The notes under the pieces were generated by a model. That model did no database searches. It saw only the letters and a list, made by a program, of their open reading frames with translations, and was not told the origin of the DNA. Positions 29,396-40,455 of a DNA stretch of 64,000 bases are shown one piece after another. Every line of letters begins with the position of its first letter. The stretch's first letter is position 1. A program made the translations under genes and the position numbers. The stretch is from Candidatus Babeliales bacterium (GTDB lineage Bacteria > Babelota > Babeliae > Babelales > JANWKD01), in NCBI GenBank assembly GCA_963762115.1, contig CAVXJH010000006.1:480001-544000 (forward strand), given 5' to 3'.

Positions 29396-31288
29396 TTATA
29401 TTTTGATAGAAGTATTTGTTTGCAGTGATTCCCATTCTTGCATACATAAAGCAAGTTGTTCTTGGTGTTTTTTTAACGTTTTTTCAGTTTCAATATAGGC
29501 GGGTGTGCCATAGATTAGATGAGTAAAACTTTCTTGCGTTTGGGCAATTTTTTCTTCAGATTGTTCGATTCTGCGCTCTAAAGATCGCATTTTCTTGTTA
29601 CGCTCAAAGCTCTCTTTGGTGACAGGTTCACTGTTAATAAGGGGAGTTTGGGCATCTTTTTTTGCAATTTTTTCTTGTTGTTCTTTTTTAATGAGGTTTT
29701 TATGATACAAATACGTTTCATAATTACCTTCATATTTAAAAGCGCCATGAGGTGTTAATTCAATAATTTGTGTTGCAAGTTGATTAATAAAATCATGATC
29801 ATGAGATACGAAAAAGACGGTTCCTGGATATTCTTTTAACGCTTTTAATAAGACTTCTTTTGAGGGTATATCAAGATGGTTGGTTGGTTCATCAAGGAGT
29901 AAGAAGTTTGCATTTTGTAAAAGAACTTTAATCATACCAACTTTATTTTTTTCTCCGCCACTTAAAACTTTAACTTTTTTATCAACATCATCATTGGAAA
30001 AAAGGAAGGAGCCTAAAAAATTACGGATTATTTGTGTCGAGGCGTTTTGACCAGAAGATTCAATATTTTCAAGAATTGATCGATTTAAATCAAGAGCAGC
30101 TGCTTGTTCTTGCTCAAATATTGCGGTTTTAACTTTGTAGCCAAATGAAATTGAACCTTGTTGTAAGGGATATTTACCCGTTATAAGATTAAATAAGGTG
30201 GTTTTACCAACACCATTTGCTGCGACAAGTGCAACTTTACTGCCACGCTCGATGTGTAAATCGATGTTTTTGAAAATCGATTTTTTATCGAAGGTAAATG
30301 ATAGAGACTTTGCTTCAAGGACAACTGCGCCTGATGGTTGTAAGGGTGGGAATTTAAAATGAATGTTTTTGGGCGAAGGTGGTAAGGTGATACGCTCAAT
30401 TTTATCAAGAGCTTTCATCATACTTTGCGCCATCCGGGCTTTGCTTGCCTTGGCACGAAAACGATCAATTGTTTCTTGTTTTGATTTAATTTCTTTTTGT
30501 TGCTGATTAAATGCTTGCTCTAATACTGCTGCATCACGCTCTTTTTGCTCTTCATAATCTGAATAGTTGCCGGTATACATTTTTGCGTTGCCAAGTTCAA
30601 GTTCAAAAATATTGGTGCAAAGTTGATTCAAAAAATAGCGTTCATGGCAAACAAGGAGAAAGCCAAAAGGTGCTTTTTTGAGAAATTGTAAAAACCAATC
30701 TTTAGCAACAATATCAAGATGGTTTGTTGGTTCATCAAAAAGATAGAAATCTGCTTTTTGTAATAAGAGTTTGGCAAGAACAATACGCATTTTCCATCCA
30801 ACGCTCAAATTGGCAACTGGTTGATCAAATTTTTCTTGGGGGAATCCAAGTCCCATAAGCATTTCTTTTGTTTCTGATAAGGCTTTTGCAGGGTTATAGT
30901 CTGCTAAAATCGTTTGAAGCTCCGCATAGGCCTCAAGATAAAAACTATTATCAGGATTTTCATCCAATTGTTTTTCTATAAGGGCAGTTTTTTCTAGTAA
31001 AGCGTGCAACTCAGTAAAGGCAGTAAAAGTCTCTTCAACAATTGTCTTTTCAGATGCAAGTACAACTTCTTGTGGTAAATAGGCCACTTTTTTGTTTTTT
31101 GCAATAGAAATTGCGGGGCAACTCGCAGGATTAACGATTGCCTGTGCAATAAGAGCGAGCAGGGTTGATTTTCCTGCGCCATTGCGACCAACCAAGCCAA
31201 TACGTTGGTTTTGATTGATTGTACAGGACATGCCGGCATAAAGGCTTCGTGCGCCAAAATTGAGAGAGAGATTGTTAATTGTAATCAT
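29396..31288 (-). CDS. ABC-F family ATPase
   Basis: Two NBDs (GRNGAGKST, ANGVGKTT), DEPTNHLD twice, GNY linker, no TM helices, C-terminal coiled coil. Confidence 0.95.
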   Translation of the reverse strand: MITINNLSLNFGARSLYAGMSCTINQNQRIGLVGRNGAGKSTLLALIAQAIVNPASCPAISIAKNKKVAYLPQEVVLASEKTIVEETFTAFTELHALLEKTALIEKQLDENPDNSFYLEAYAELQTILADYNPAKALSETKEMLMGLGFPQEKFDQPVANLSVGWKMRIVLAKLLLQKADFYLFDEPTNHLDIVAKDWFLQFLKKAPFGFLLVCHERYFLNQLCTNIFELELGNAKMYTGNYSDYEEQKERDAAVLEQAFNQQQKEIKSKQETIDRFRAKASKARMAQSMMKALDKIERITLPPSPKNIHFKFPPLQPSGAVVLEAKSLSFTFDKKSIFKNIDLHIERGSKVALVAANGVGKTTLFNLITGKYPLQQGSISFGYKVKTAIFEQEQAAALDLNRSILENIESSGQNASTQIIRNFLGSFLFSNDDVDKKVKVLSGGEKNKVGMIKVLLQNANFLLLDEPTNHLDIPSKEVLLKALKEYPGTVFFVSHDHDFINQLATQIIELTPHGAFKYEGNYETYLYHKNLIKKEQQEKIAKKDAQTPLINSEPVTKESFERNKKMRSLERRIEQSEEKIAQTQESFTHLIYGTPAYIETEKTLKKHQEQLALCMQEWESLQTNTSIKI

Positions 31289-31398
31289 AATACCAATAAG
31301 AGTTGTATTTTTTAATTAAAAAAAAGAAATATTTAATCTGCTGTATAATTATATCATTTTTACGCATTAAGCACATCTTTTTAGATTTTCTGGATGTA

Positions 31399-31746
31399 TT
31401 ATATAATTTCTACTGATTCATCTTTTAAAAAGCGTATTTCTTTTTTGCCTTTTTCTAGATATAAGCATTTTCTTTTCTGATGAGCGATTAGATAGGCAAT
31501 AGCGCTATATTTTTTGTTTGATTTTTTATCCGTTATTTTTAGGGCGGCAATATCAATATTTTTATTGTCTTCAATTATAATTGTTTCCCAGCAAATTTTT
31601 TGAGGGCCGGAAAACCCAGGGTCAGTTCTTTGGTAATAAAGAGTGATGGGTGATCCGCTGTTATTATTGATAACTATTTGTTGATAACGTACACTATACA
31701 GTGATAATGGTAAACAGAGTAGCATGGTAATAATCGGCGTTTTCAT
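31399..31746 (-). CDS. Secreted hypothetical protein
   Basis: AAGGAG RBS, signal peptide, INNNS.SP motif. Confidence 0.65.
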   Translation of the reverse strand: MKTPIITMLLCLPLSLYSVRYQQIVINNNSGSPITLYYQRTDPGFSGPQKICWETIIIEDNKNIDIAALKITDKKSNKKYSAIAYLIAHQKRKCLYLEKGKKEIRFLKDESVEII

Positions 31747-31774
31747 GAGGCTCCTTTTTTTAGGGTTTTTTGAT

Positions 31775-32284
31775 ATGAAGTATACTAAAATTTCATTTTT
31801 GTTGTTTGTTTTTGTGAATGTTTCTCAAGCAATGGATACATCTCCCCTTTGGGAATCAGTGAGGAAAGATGCGCTTTCATGTGCACAAAATGCCTATAAT
31901 GACTTACAAAGTAACTATAGAAAAGATCGCACTTTAGCGGCTAATCAGCTTTTATTACAAATATGTAGTGCAAACTATATAGATGGGATTTCTCCCTTGA
32001 ATGATGTTCTTCCCTTGATACGTCAAGAAGCTTTATTTGGCATTAGATTTTTAGCCAATGATCAGCAAAAAGAAATTTTGATTGATGTTATGCGTAAAGC
32101 TCAAATGCCTATTAAAAAAAATACCATGCATTATTGTCTGAGGACGTTAGAATGTTTTTTTACTGATGAAACAGATAATTATGAAAAATTTAAGGAAAAA
32201 AGCACTTTTAAGGTAGCAAAGCTTCTTTTATTATCTAATATAGAAAAATTTACTACTGCTCAAAATGCTCAATTATTTCCCTAA
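31775..32284 (+). CDS. Secreted hypothetical protein
   Basis: Signal peptide SQA|MD. Confidence 0.65.
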   Translation: MKYTKISFLLFVFVNVSQAMDTSPLWESVRKDALSCAQNAYNDLQSNYRKDRTLAANQLLLQICSANYIDGISPLNDVLPLIRQEALFGIRFLANDQQKEILIDVMRKAQMPIKKNTMHYCLRTLECFFTDETDNYEKFKEKSTFKVAKLLLLSNIEKFTTAQNAQLFP

Positions 32285-32289
32285 TTTTT

Positions 32290-34410
32290 TTAATTAATTT
32301 TTTCTTGAGCTTTTTTAATGTGATTATTCATTTCTTTTACAACGATATTGGTTGGCAGAGGTGATGTTTCCAATCCATAATCCCATTTCCATTCTTTTGG
32401 ATCGCGAGGTTCTTCAAGGCGAGAAATTCTATTAAACCATACGCCATCATGTGTTTTTGCAAATTCATTAATGAGATTAAAATCGTCTTTTTTTTGGAAT
32501 TTAGAAAAGAGAAGAACGGGCATATGATAGGCAAAAATATGTTGCCGTTGCAGCCATTCATAATGACGATAAAAATCATTATTGAAGGTTGCAAGTATAA
32601 TTGGATCTTGCGGCGAGCTTAAACCTGCTAGTATGCCAAGATAAAACCAGGAATGGGGTAAATGTATGTTATAAGCAGCAAGTAAGGCATGCGGAAATTC
32701 TTGATTAAAATAGTGTTTTATTTTTTTGCCAACGAGGAATGCCTCGTGTTTTAAAAAGACAAAATAATCATCAAATTTTTGAGCATCTAATAAATAGCGT
32801 ATTCTATCCTCAAAAGAGAGTGATAAAAGGCAGAGCATATTCCGTGATTGAGCATAACGTTGCCATGTATAGTCTGAAAAATCCATAGTATTGGTATATT
32901 GTCCGCTTTGTGTTTGAGCATGATACATTTCAAAATCTAAAAAAATACCATCAATAGTTACTTGATGATTACTATTTTGCCAGGCAGATTTAAAATTTGT
33001 ATAGACATCTAAGAGTTCTTTTTGCCAAAAATGCTCAAAATCAAAGGGTGATGGGATTTTTGAGTATTCAGTGCCATAAACATCACGTACTGGATGTGCC
33101 ACTTTTGCCGTTGCATAATTACTGGTAATGTCTGTTCCAATAAAAATATGGGGAGTTGCCGTTGCATTATCTCTTTTGTGTGCGGCTGAAAAGGCTTTAT
33201 TAAAGCGATCGATTGAATCTAAAAATGTATTTTTTTTATCTTTCATTAAGGCATTTTCGCTCAAATACCATTCGGGGTTTAACTCAAACCAAAGAAGATT
33301 AATGCCAGATGCAAATAAGTTTTCAACGGCTTGTTTTTCTTTTTCAAAGTAAGGTTCCAGGCCTCCCCATCCACACCAAATATCATTAGTATTAATCCAT
33401 GCATATTTATTTTTATGAGTTGCATTATTGCGTTGTATACTCAAGGTATTCTTTAACGTTATTTCATGTTTTTGCGTAAAAACAGCGGGTAGTGTTAAAT
33501 TCTTGTGAGTATCTTGTGGCAATGCGTGCATGCTGGTTGCTTGATATATTTCAGCGATGAGGCTGTGTACTTGCGATAAAAGTATAGTGCGCAAAGAATA
33601 ATCAATAGGATTATAAACAAAACTCTCTTTGATATCGGCAAAAGTAAGTAACCCTGTTTTAGTAATAAAGAATTGATTGTTGGTAAGGGTATTTTTTATA
33701 TAAAGGCCAAGTGGATATGTTTTAAGGAGAGCATTTTCTGCAAATGATGGAACTGTTTTAAGGATTGTCGTTTTTTGAGTTGGATCTTTGATTTCAAGAT
33801 TGGTGGAAGGTAGTTCTTTTTTTTCTCGTGTGTGCAGAAGTGCCGTATTATAAGAACTACTTTTCATGTTGTCCGGTTGAAGTAGTTCGTATAAAAAAAT
33901 ACTCATTGCAGGTTTAATGGTTGATTCATTCGATGGTTGAGTTATTTGAAAAACTCTACATAATTCTTCGAGTAACAAAGCATTTAAGGCATTGTTTGCT
34001 ATGCCAACATCGGGCAACAAGAGAGTAATTACCTTGTTGCGCTCTTGTGATATCGTGGTGGCAATAGTTAAAATTCTTTGTAAAACAGGGTGTGTTATTG
34101 CTGTTTTTTGTAATCGTGCTTCTAGATAATTTTTTAAAAATGATCCATCAATGGTGATAAAAATGGTGTCAGCTGCTGTTATATCATCTTTTGTTACCGT
34201 ATAAAATTCTTTAAAAAGAGTAGTAAAACCTACTGATCGTGCAAAGACAAAAATTGAGTTGAAAATGTATTCATTATTGAAACCGGTATCGATAAATAAT
34301 AACTTTTTTTCAGTCATGCAATTTTCTTGGATTGGTGTTGGCAATTGAGAAAATAATTGATTGAATGATACTAAAAACAAGATAACCCAGAATGCATTAT
34401 TTTTATACAC
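32290..34410 (-). CDS. Secreted protein with a possible glycoside hydrolase-like C-terminal domain
   Basis: Signal peptide; GINLLWF and IDGIFLDFEMY resemble TIM-barrel GH motifs; function uncertain. Confidence 0.5.
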   Translation of the reverse strand: MYKNNAFWVILFLVSFNQLFSQLPTPIQENCMTEKKLLFIDTGFNNEYIFNSIFVFARSVGFTTLFKEFYTVTKDDITAADTIFITIDGSFLKNYLEARLQKTAITHPVLQRILTIATTISQERNKVITLLLPDVGIANNALNALLLEELCRVFQITQPSNESTIKPAMSIFLYELLQPDNMKSSSYNTALLHTREKKELPSTNLEIKDPTQKTTILKTVPSFAENALLKTYPLGLYIKNTLTNNQFFITKTGLLTFADIKESFVYNPIDYSLRTILLSQVHSLIAEIYQATSMHALPQDTHKNLTLPAVFTQKHEITLKNTLSIQRNNATHKNKYAWINTNDIWCGWGGLEPYFEKEKQAVENLFASGINLLWFELNPEWYLSENALMKDKKNTFLDSIDRFNKAFSAAHKRDNATATPHIFIGTDITSNYATAKVAHPVRDVYGTEYSKIPSPFDFEHFWQKELLDVYTNFKSAWQNSNHQVTIDGIFLDFEMYHAQTQSGQYTNTMDFSDYTWQRYAQSRNMLCLLSLSFEDRIRYLLDAQKFDDYFVFLKHEAFLVGKKIKHYFNQEFPHALLAAYNIHLPHSWFYLGILAGLSSPQDPIILATFNNDFYRHYEWLQRQHIFAYHMPVLLFSKFQKKDDFNLINEFAKTHDGVWFNRISRLEEPRDPKEWKWDYGLETSPLPTNIVVKEMNNHIKKAQEKIN

Positions 34411-34645
34411 AGGCTTCCCTAACCGTATAAAATGGTACTGATAGATAATTCTAGGTTAATAATACAAAATTTAATTTTCTAATTGCAATAAATTGATAAA
34501 ATAAAGTGAAATTTTTATCACGGCCTGTAAGTTTCAGTCAAATAAAGAGTTATCTTTTAGTTTTGCATGAATTTTTCTAAGGCGATGGTAATGCAATCTT
34601 TTTCATGATTGTTAAGCAAGCCAATCAATTTTTTGAAATATGGTA

Positions 34646-34836
34646 ACGCGAACTCGACGAAGCAAAATAGATTTCTACAAGCAAAATTAACAATTTTAAC
34701 AGAACGTCATCATGAGGAACGAAGTTCCGTAGTGATCCAGTCAATAAAATGGAAAAACCTTATACCTGGATTCCTACGCACTCAAGGAGCGCTCAGAATG
34801 ACACATCAGAATTATCTTTTCTTGTCGAACTCACGT
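34646..34836. mobile_element. MITE with IS982-like ends and a 7-bp target site duplication
   Basis: TIRs acgcgaactcgac / acgtgagttcgac (10/13 match); tatggta at 34639-34645 and 34837-34843. Confidence 0.75.
34706..34802. repeat. RPE/REP-like bipartite palindrome, copy 1
   Basis: gtcat..gaggaacgaag..gatccag / ctggat..cgctcagaatgac. Confidence 0.75.
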
Positions 34837-34850
34837 TATGGTAGTATGTG

Positions 34851-35222
34851 TTACTTTTGTTCAAGCGGCCATAATTCCTCTAAATGGGCAAGCAATTGTT
34901 CCACAATTTGTTCTTCTTGTTCTTTTGATAATGGTGAACGCACCATATACGAGACGAATTGTTGGAGACTTGCGAGTGCTGCAAACAGTTGTGTTTTAAC
35001 ATGAGGCATATTATAACGGTCAATAAAAATACTAACCACAGAGGTTAATATACCCATGCCAGACACAATAAGCATTGCGTCTCGTTCATTATCACCGAGT
35101 TGTGGTGGTTTTTCTTGTTGATCTGGTTGATCTGATTGATTTCTATAGTTTGTTCGAGGTGCACCAATCATAGTTTCTGTTTGGACAAAAAGTAGTGCAA
35201 TAAAGAGAAATAAGTATTTCAT
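34851..35222 (-). CDS. Hypothetical exported/membrane protein
   Basis: AAGGAG RBS, signal peptide, one internal TM helix. Confidence 0.7.
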   Translation of the reverse strand: MKYLFLFIALLFVQTETMIGAPRTNYRNQSDQPDQQEKPPQLGDNERDAMLIVSGMGILTSVVSIFIDRYNMPHVKTQLFAALASLQQFVSYMVRSPLSKEQEEQIVEQLLAHLEELWPLEQK

Positions 35223-35304
35223 AAAAAAATCTCCTTAACATCTTGTTTTTTGTAATCCTAAAAATTGGGTTACCAAGAAGTCAAGGAGATTGAAAAAAAT
35301 GTAC

Positions 35305-36615
35305 TTATTCTGGTGTTATCAAGATTGGTTCAGGAAGTGAATCGTGAAAAATTAATACTTGCAAAATTCGCTTATGACTTGCTTTTTGAATTTGAAAATA
35401 ATAATGCTTGTATAAGATTCGTTCACCTTTGTTGGGAAGATGTTGTAACTGTTCTGTTAAAAAACCACCCAAGGTGACGGCGTCCTCAATAGCAAAGGTG
35501 ATATCAAGGAGCTCGGCCAAGCTTTCCAAGTCAACCGATGCATCAACAATCCATCCACCTTCTTGCAAAGGAATAATTTTTTCAGTTACTTCTTCATACT
35601 CATCGCTAATTTCACCAACAATTTCTTCAAGAACATCTTCAAGGCTTACAAGGCCAGTTATGCTGCCATATTCATTAATAACAATAGCAATATGCATGCG
35701 TTGTTGTCTGAATTTTCTGAGTAGTTGGTTTATTTTCATGCTTTCAGGAACAAATAAAATCGGCCTGACCAGATCATGTAATGATTTATGATTATCATGA
35801 GAAAGAAGTGCAAAAATATCTTTTTGATATAACATACCAATAATATTTTCCGATGTTTCTTCAAACACGGGCAAGCGTGAAAATTGATACTTAGAGAACA
35901 TTGCTAGGGCATCACTAATTGATGCTGTTGCATTGATCATAATAATATCAACGGCCGGTACCATAATTTCACGAACTTGTTTGCTACCAAAATTAAAAAT
36001 GCTTTGGAGCATTTCAGTTTTTTCAGTTTCTATGAGACCTTTTTTGTTAATATAATCAATAAGAAATCTAATTTCTCGTTCAGAAGTAACTCCTTCAGTT
36101 GAATCTGGCGAACCACCAACTAAAGTGACAAAAAAGTTAGAAATATGAATCAAAAGAGTTACAAAAGGATATAATACAAAATAGGTAATGTTAGTAATCC
36201 ATAACACCGATTTAAACAATTTTTCACCATGTGCTTTTGCAACATTTTTTGGTACAACTTCACCAACAAGAAGAATGAGAAAAGTACCAATACCAATACC
36301 CAGAGAGAATCCTAAACTTGTTGATAGGTTCATTGAAGCAAAGACTCTTTCCATAATATTGGTAATCAAAGCTGCAGCCGTTACATTAACCAAACTATTT
36401 GCTATCAAGATTGTTATTAATACTTGATGTGGATTATTTTCTAGGGTATCTAACAATACTTTATAGCCAGTCGTTCCTGTTGCAATTTCCTTCAATTTGA
36501 ACAAACGTAAAGCGGTAACGCTTGTTTCAAGAAATGAAAAAAGAGCACAACCCAGGAGTGAAACAATAAAAAGTGCTAATTCTCCATACAACAAGCTAAA
36601 TTGATCTGGTCCCAT
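35305..36615 (-). CDS. HlyC/CorC (CNNM) family protein: DUF21 + CBS pair + CorC_HlyC
   Basis: FSFLET, GEVVPK, SRLPV, EYGSITGLVSLEDVLEEIVGEI.DE, TLGG. Confidence 0.93.
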   Translation of the reverse strand: MGPDQFSLLYGELALFIVSLLGCALFSFLETSVTALRLFKLKEIATGTTGYKVLLDTLENNPHQVLITILIANSLVNVTAAALITNIMERVFASMNLSTSLGFSLGIGIGTFLILLVGEVVPKNVAKAHGEKLFKSVLWITNITYFVLYPFVTLLIHISNFFVTLVGGSPDSTEGVTSEREIRFLIDYINKKGLIETEKTEMLQSIFNFGSKQVREIMVPAVDIIMINATASISDALAMFSKYQFSRLPVFEETSENIIGMLYQKDIFALLSHDNHKSLHDLVRPILFVPESMKINQLLRKFRQQRMHIAIVINEYGSITGLVSLEDVLEEIVGEISDEYEEVTEKIIPLQEGGWIVDASVDLESLAELLDITFAIEDAVTLGGFLTEQLQHLPNKGERILYKHYYFQIQKASHKRILQVLIFHDSLPEPILITPE

Positions 36616-36655
36616 TGTTTCTTAGGTATCCTTTTTTTAGAGTGTAAACAAAAAA

Positions 36656-38662
36656 CTACTCAATTGAGTCATTAGCAATCGTATCAAATTCTTTGTCAAA
36701 AAACGATTCTAATTTTTTACTGCGCGAAGGATGTCGTAATTTCCTCAATGCTTTGACTTCAATTTGTCGAATACGTTCTCTGGTAACAGAAAAATCTTTA
36801 CCAACTTCCTCTAAAGTGTGTTCAGATGCAACATCGATGCCGAATCGCATTTTTAAGACTTTTTCTTCACGGGGAGTTAATGTTTTGAGCACTTCTCGTA
36901 CGCGTTCTTTCAAATCGTTACTGCTTACCGTATCGGCTGGAGAGAATTCATCTTCATTTTCAATAAAGTCTTTAATGAAAGCATCTTCACTATCACCAAC
37001 GGGTGTTTCGAGTGAAATAGGTTCTTTGGAGATCTTGATAATATTTTTGATCTTTTTTTCATCAATATTAAGTTCTTTAGCCAGTTCTGCATGAGATGGT
37101 TCTCTGCCATGTTCTTGGATAAAGGTTCGTTTGATTTTGTTGATTTTATTAAGCGTTTCAACCATATGCACCGGTACACGAATGGTACGAGATTGATCAG
37201 CGATTGCACGCGTTATTGCTTGGCGAATCCACCATGTTGCATAGGTTGAAAATTTATAACCACGCTCAAATTCAAATTTTTCTACTGCTTTTAAAAGACC
37301 GAAATTACCTTCCTGAATCAAATCAAGGAAATGTAACCCGCGGTTGATATATTTTTTTGCAATATTAACCACAAGGCGAAGATTTGCATTAGCAAGATCA
37401 TCTTTTGCTCGCTTATCTTTTGTTTGGCCATGTTTTAATTGGGCATAAAATTTAAAAATTGCTGGTTGTGGAAGGCCCATTTCGCCTTCGATTTTTCTAA
37501 TGGCTTTTTGAGCACCACGAATGTTTCTATCGCATTCTTCAATATCAAGTGGATCGGCTTGTTTTGCCTGTTGCAAGAAGGCAATTTTGTCTTCATTCTC
37601 TTTGATAATTGCAAGTTTTTCTTGAATTTTAGAAACAGCTTTTTCAATTCTGTTACCCAATTTTTTGATAAGCTTGTTAGCAATTTTTATTGATTGGATG
37701 GTTTCAGCAATTACTTTTTTATTTTGCTTAACCTTATCAAGCATTTCTTTTTTCTTTGCTTCAGAATCAAGATTGCCGCGATAGGTTCTATAAATTTTTT
37801 CTTCGTTGCTGACGAGATCTTTAATAGTATTGATAGTGCCAAGTAAGGCGTCTTTTTCTTCTTGAACTTTAGGTAAATTTTCCTGATCAAACTCAGAAAA
37901 TTGAATGAGGTCTTTTAAGGGCAAAGTGCCTTTTTGTACACGTTCACCGATAGAGACGAACTCTTTATGAATAAAAGGAAATTGCGAAATCGCATCGATA
38001 GACTCTCGTTTACCGGTTGCTATTTGTTCAGCAATAATCGATTCAGTCTTCTTGTTCAAAAGAGGGATCTTACCAATATCGCGTAGATAACATTTGACGC
38101 CATCAGCAATTTGAGCAGAGCTTGCCGCTTCACGAATAGCTGAGGTGCGATCTTCATCGCTTTCAGCATCTTCGCCTTCTTCTTCGATTAATTCTTCATC
38201 GGTATCAATATCTAATGAATTTTCAAGTTTCTCTTTAAGATTTTTACCTTTTAGTGGCTCATCATCTTTTTCAAAGCCGTCAATGTCAGGTGAATTGGTT
38301 TCAAGTTCTTCTTGCATAAGCATTTCAATGTGCTCTTTATCCAAAACACGCATTAAGTTATTGGTTTCAGTATCACTTAATTGAAATTTGTGACTGAACT
38401 CCATAACTTCTTCATAGGTGAGAAAGCCTGTTTTTTTGCCTTTTGCAATGAGCGGCTCTACGAGACCTTTTTTGAATTCAAATTTAGTCCCTTGATCGCC
38501 ATTTGTTTGAACTAATTCGTTATCGAGATCAGCAAGATTCCCCGCCGGAGTTTTTTTAAGTGCAGATGTTTTTTTTGATGTTACTGCTTTCTTAGCAGGT
38601 TCTTCACTTTTTAATGGACTTTTTTTAGGTGTTAATTCTTTTTTTTCAGCTTTTTTGCTCAT
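36656..38662 (-). CDS. rpoD: RNA polymerase primary sigma factor
   Basis: [48 protein letters not shown]. Confidence 0.98.
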   Translation of the reverse strand: MSKKAEKKELTPKKSPLKSEEPAKKAVTSKKTSALKKTPAGNLADLDNELVQTNGDQGTKFEFKKGLVEPLIAKGKKTGFLTYEEVMEFSHKFQLSDTETNNLMRVLDKEHIEMLMQEELETNSPDIDGFEKDDEPLKGKNLKEKLENSLDIDTDEELIEEEGEDAESDEDRTSAIREAASSAQIADGVKCYLRDIGKIPLLNKKTESIIAEQIATGKRESIDAISQFPFIHKEFVSIGERVQKGTLPLKDLIQFSEFDQENLPKVQEEKDALLGTINTIKDLVSNEEKIYRTYRGNLDSEAKKKEMLDKVKQNKKVIAETIQSIKIANKLIKKLGNRIEKAVSKIQEKLAIIKENEDKIAFLQQAKQADPLDIEECDRNIRGAQKAIRKIEGEMGLPQPAIFKFYAQLKHGQTKDKRAKDDLANANLRLVVNIAKKYINRGLHFLDLIQEGNFGLLKAVEKFEFERGYKFSTYATWWIRQAITRAIADQSRTIRVPVHMVETLNKINKIKRTFIQEHGREPSHAELAKELNIDEKKIKNIIKISKEPISLETPVGDSEDAFIKDFIENEDEFSPADTVSSNDLKERVREVLKTLTPREEKVLKMRFGIDVASEHTLEEVGKDFSVTRERIRQIEVKALRKLRHPSRSKKLESFFDKEFDTIANDSIE

Positions 38663-40455
38663 GGCATACCCCTAGTTAATTTTTGTTTCAGCAATTGGAA
38701 ATCGGATAACAATTTTTTTACCGTGTGTTCATTACCTTCTTTGTGTGCTTTTGCTATTTGTAGTTTAAGGGTATTTACCTTTGATTTCCATTGATTTTTT
38801 GTAAATTGATGGAAAAGTTGATCAAAGCTTTTTACGCCATCATAGGTTTGATACATAAACAATATCTTGCTGGTAATATCTTTTTCTGGCATTGTCAGCA
38901 TTTCAAAAAAATCAGCAAAATCAAAAGCAGGATTCTCACCCTTTTTTTCAAACAACGTTTTCAAAATCTCTTTTAAGGGATTACTGAACGATTCAATAAT
39001 CTCAGTATCAAAATTTGGTTGCAATACTTCTATGTTATTTATTATAACAGAAAATAATTTTTTTTCCAAATCTGATATTGTTTTCAGGTCGATTGGCGCT
39101 ATTTTGAGAGGTTGTGGTGTTGATGCTTGAGCTGTGTGGGGCAGTATTTTTGGTCCTTCAGGTTGTTTTGACAATCGCGACAGTTCTGCCTTCAATGAGG
39201 CAAAGGGTATCGCAAATGATTTTGCTGCAGTTTGTAATAAAAAATCTTGTTTTAATGGTTCTTCAAGATTGGCAACCAATAAAAGTAGGTTTTTTGTTAG
39301 TTGGACTTTTTCATGCAATGTTTTGGCATAAAAATCGGTACCTAAATGCGCAATAAAGAACATGAAAATATCTTCAGCTTGCGGCAATAAATCGGTAATG
39401 CTGCCTCCGTTTTGTAAAAATGATGCAGGGTCATCAGCGGCAGGTAGGCGAATTACCTTAAGATCAAGATTAACTTGCCAGGCGAGTTCAGTCAGGCGCA
39501 ACATTGCTTTTTGACCTGCATTATCACCATCAAAAAGAACATATAATGATTGGCAATAGCGTGATAATGTTTTTAAGTGTTCAAGATTGCAGGCGGTGCC
39601 TAAGGTTGCTATCGAATTAAGAAAACCATGTTGAACCATAGCAATACAATCCATGTACCCTTCAACCAAAAAGGCGGTATTTGTTTGTTGAATATTTTTT
39701 TTTGCCACATCAAAGCCAAAAAGGAGAGAGCCTTTAGAAAAATAAGGGTTTTCTTTTGAGTTATAATATTTTGGACGAGTATCATGTTCTTTAAATACTC
39801 TGCCGCCAAAGCCGCAGTGATGTCCCAAATGATCTTTTATAGGAAAAATAATACGATCTTCAAGGGGTGAAAATACGGTTGATTTGGTAACGCCGACGAT
39901 ATTAGCAGCAATTAAATCATCGAGTAAATAGTTGTGAGTCTTAACAAAATCCAGTAACGATTTCAGTGCATATTGTCCGCTTGGGAAAAAACCAAGCATA
40001 AAAGTATTAATGACATTTTTCTCAATACCACGTTGAGCTAAATAAGCAATAATCGCTGGTGAACGTAATAACTGTTGATGGCACCAGTTTGCAACATGTG
40101 CGCAAAGATCCCAATACTGTTTTTTTTCGTCAGGAGCTTGATAGGCCTTTTTTGTGCGATCTTTGCTTTGCAGTTCTTCTGGTATGGCAAGCGAGAACCG
40201 CTCAACAAGATATTCAACGGCTTCTAAGGGGCTGCAGTTTTCAACTTTTTCAATAAAGGCAATGGCGTCACCGCCAACATTACAACCAAAACAATAAAAA
40301 ATATTTTTGTTAGGGCTAACGGTGAATGAAGCGGTTTTTTCTGAATGAAAAGGGCAGCATCCTTTCCAATAATGTCCGGCTTGTTTAAGCGTTGTATAAG
40401 CGCCAATAATATCGAGAATGGCAACATTGTTTTTTACAAATTTAAAGAGACTCAT
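38659..40455 (-). CDS. dnaG: DNA primase
   Basis: CPFH..KT.SF..CFGC zinc ribbon, FGGR, KYYNS, VEGYMD, FDGD.AG Toprim. Confidence 0.98.
   Translation of the reverse strand: MSLFKFVKNNVAILDIIGAYTTLKQAGHYWKGCCPFHSEKTASFTVSPNKNIFYCFGCNVGGDAIAFIEKVENCSPLEAVEYLVERFSLAIPEELQSKDRTKKAYQAPDEKKQYWDLCAHVANWCHQQLLRSPAIIAYLAQRGIEKNVINTFMLGFFPSGQYALKSLLDFVKTHNYLLDDLIAANIVGVTKSTVFSPLEDRIIFPIKDHLGHHCGFGGRVFKEHDTRPKYYNSKENPYFSKGSLLFGFDVAKKNIQQTNTAFLVEGYMDCIAMVQHGFLNSIATLGTACNLEHLKTLSRYCQSLYVLFDGDNAGQKAMLRLTELAWQVNLDLKVIRLPAADDPASFLQNGGSITDLLPQAEDIFMFFIAHLGTDFYAKTLHEKVQLTKNLLLLVANLEEPLKQDFLLQTAAKSFAIPFASLKAELSRLSKQPEGPKILPHTAQASTPQPLKIAPIDLKTISDLEKKLFSVIINNIEVLQPNFDTEIIESFSNPLKEILKTLFEKKGENPAFDFADFFEMLTMPEKDITSKILFMYQTYDGVKSFDQLFHQFTKNQWKSKVNTLKLQIAKAHKEGNEHTVKKLLSDFQLLKQKLTRGMP

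Noticed and set aside
34609..35004. 131-aa plus-strand ORF
   Set aside because: It runs through the MITE/palindrome and antisense to a real gene; the translated repeat explains it.
36693..37094. Long antisense ORFs opposite rpoD (also opposite the corC-like, SPFH, rpsA and J genes)
   Set aside because: Shadow frames of conserved genes with no RBS or recognisable domains.
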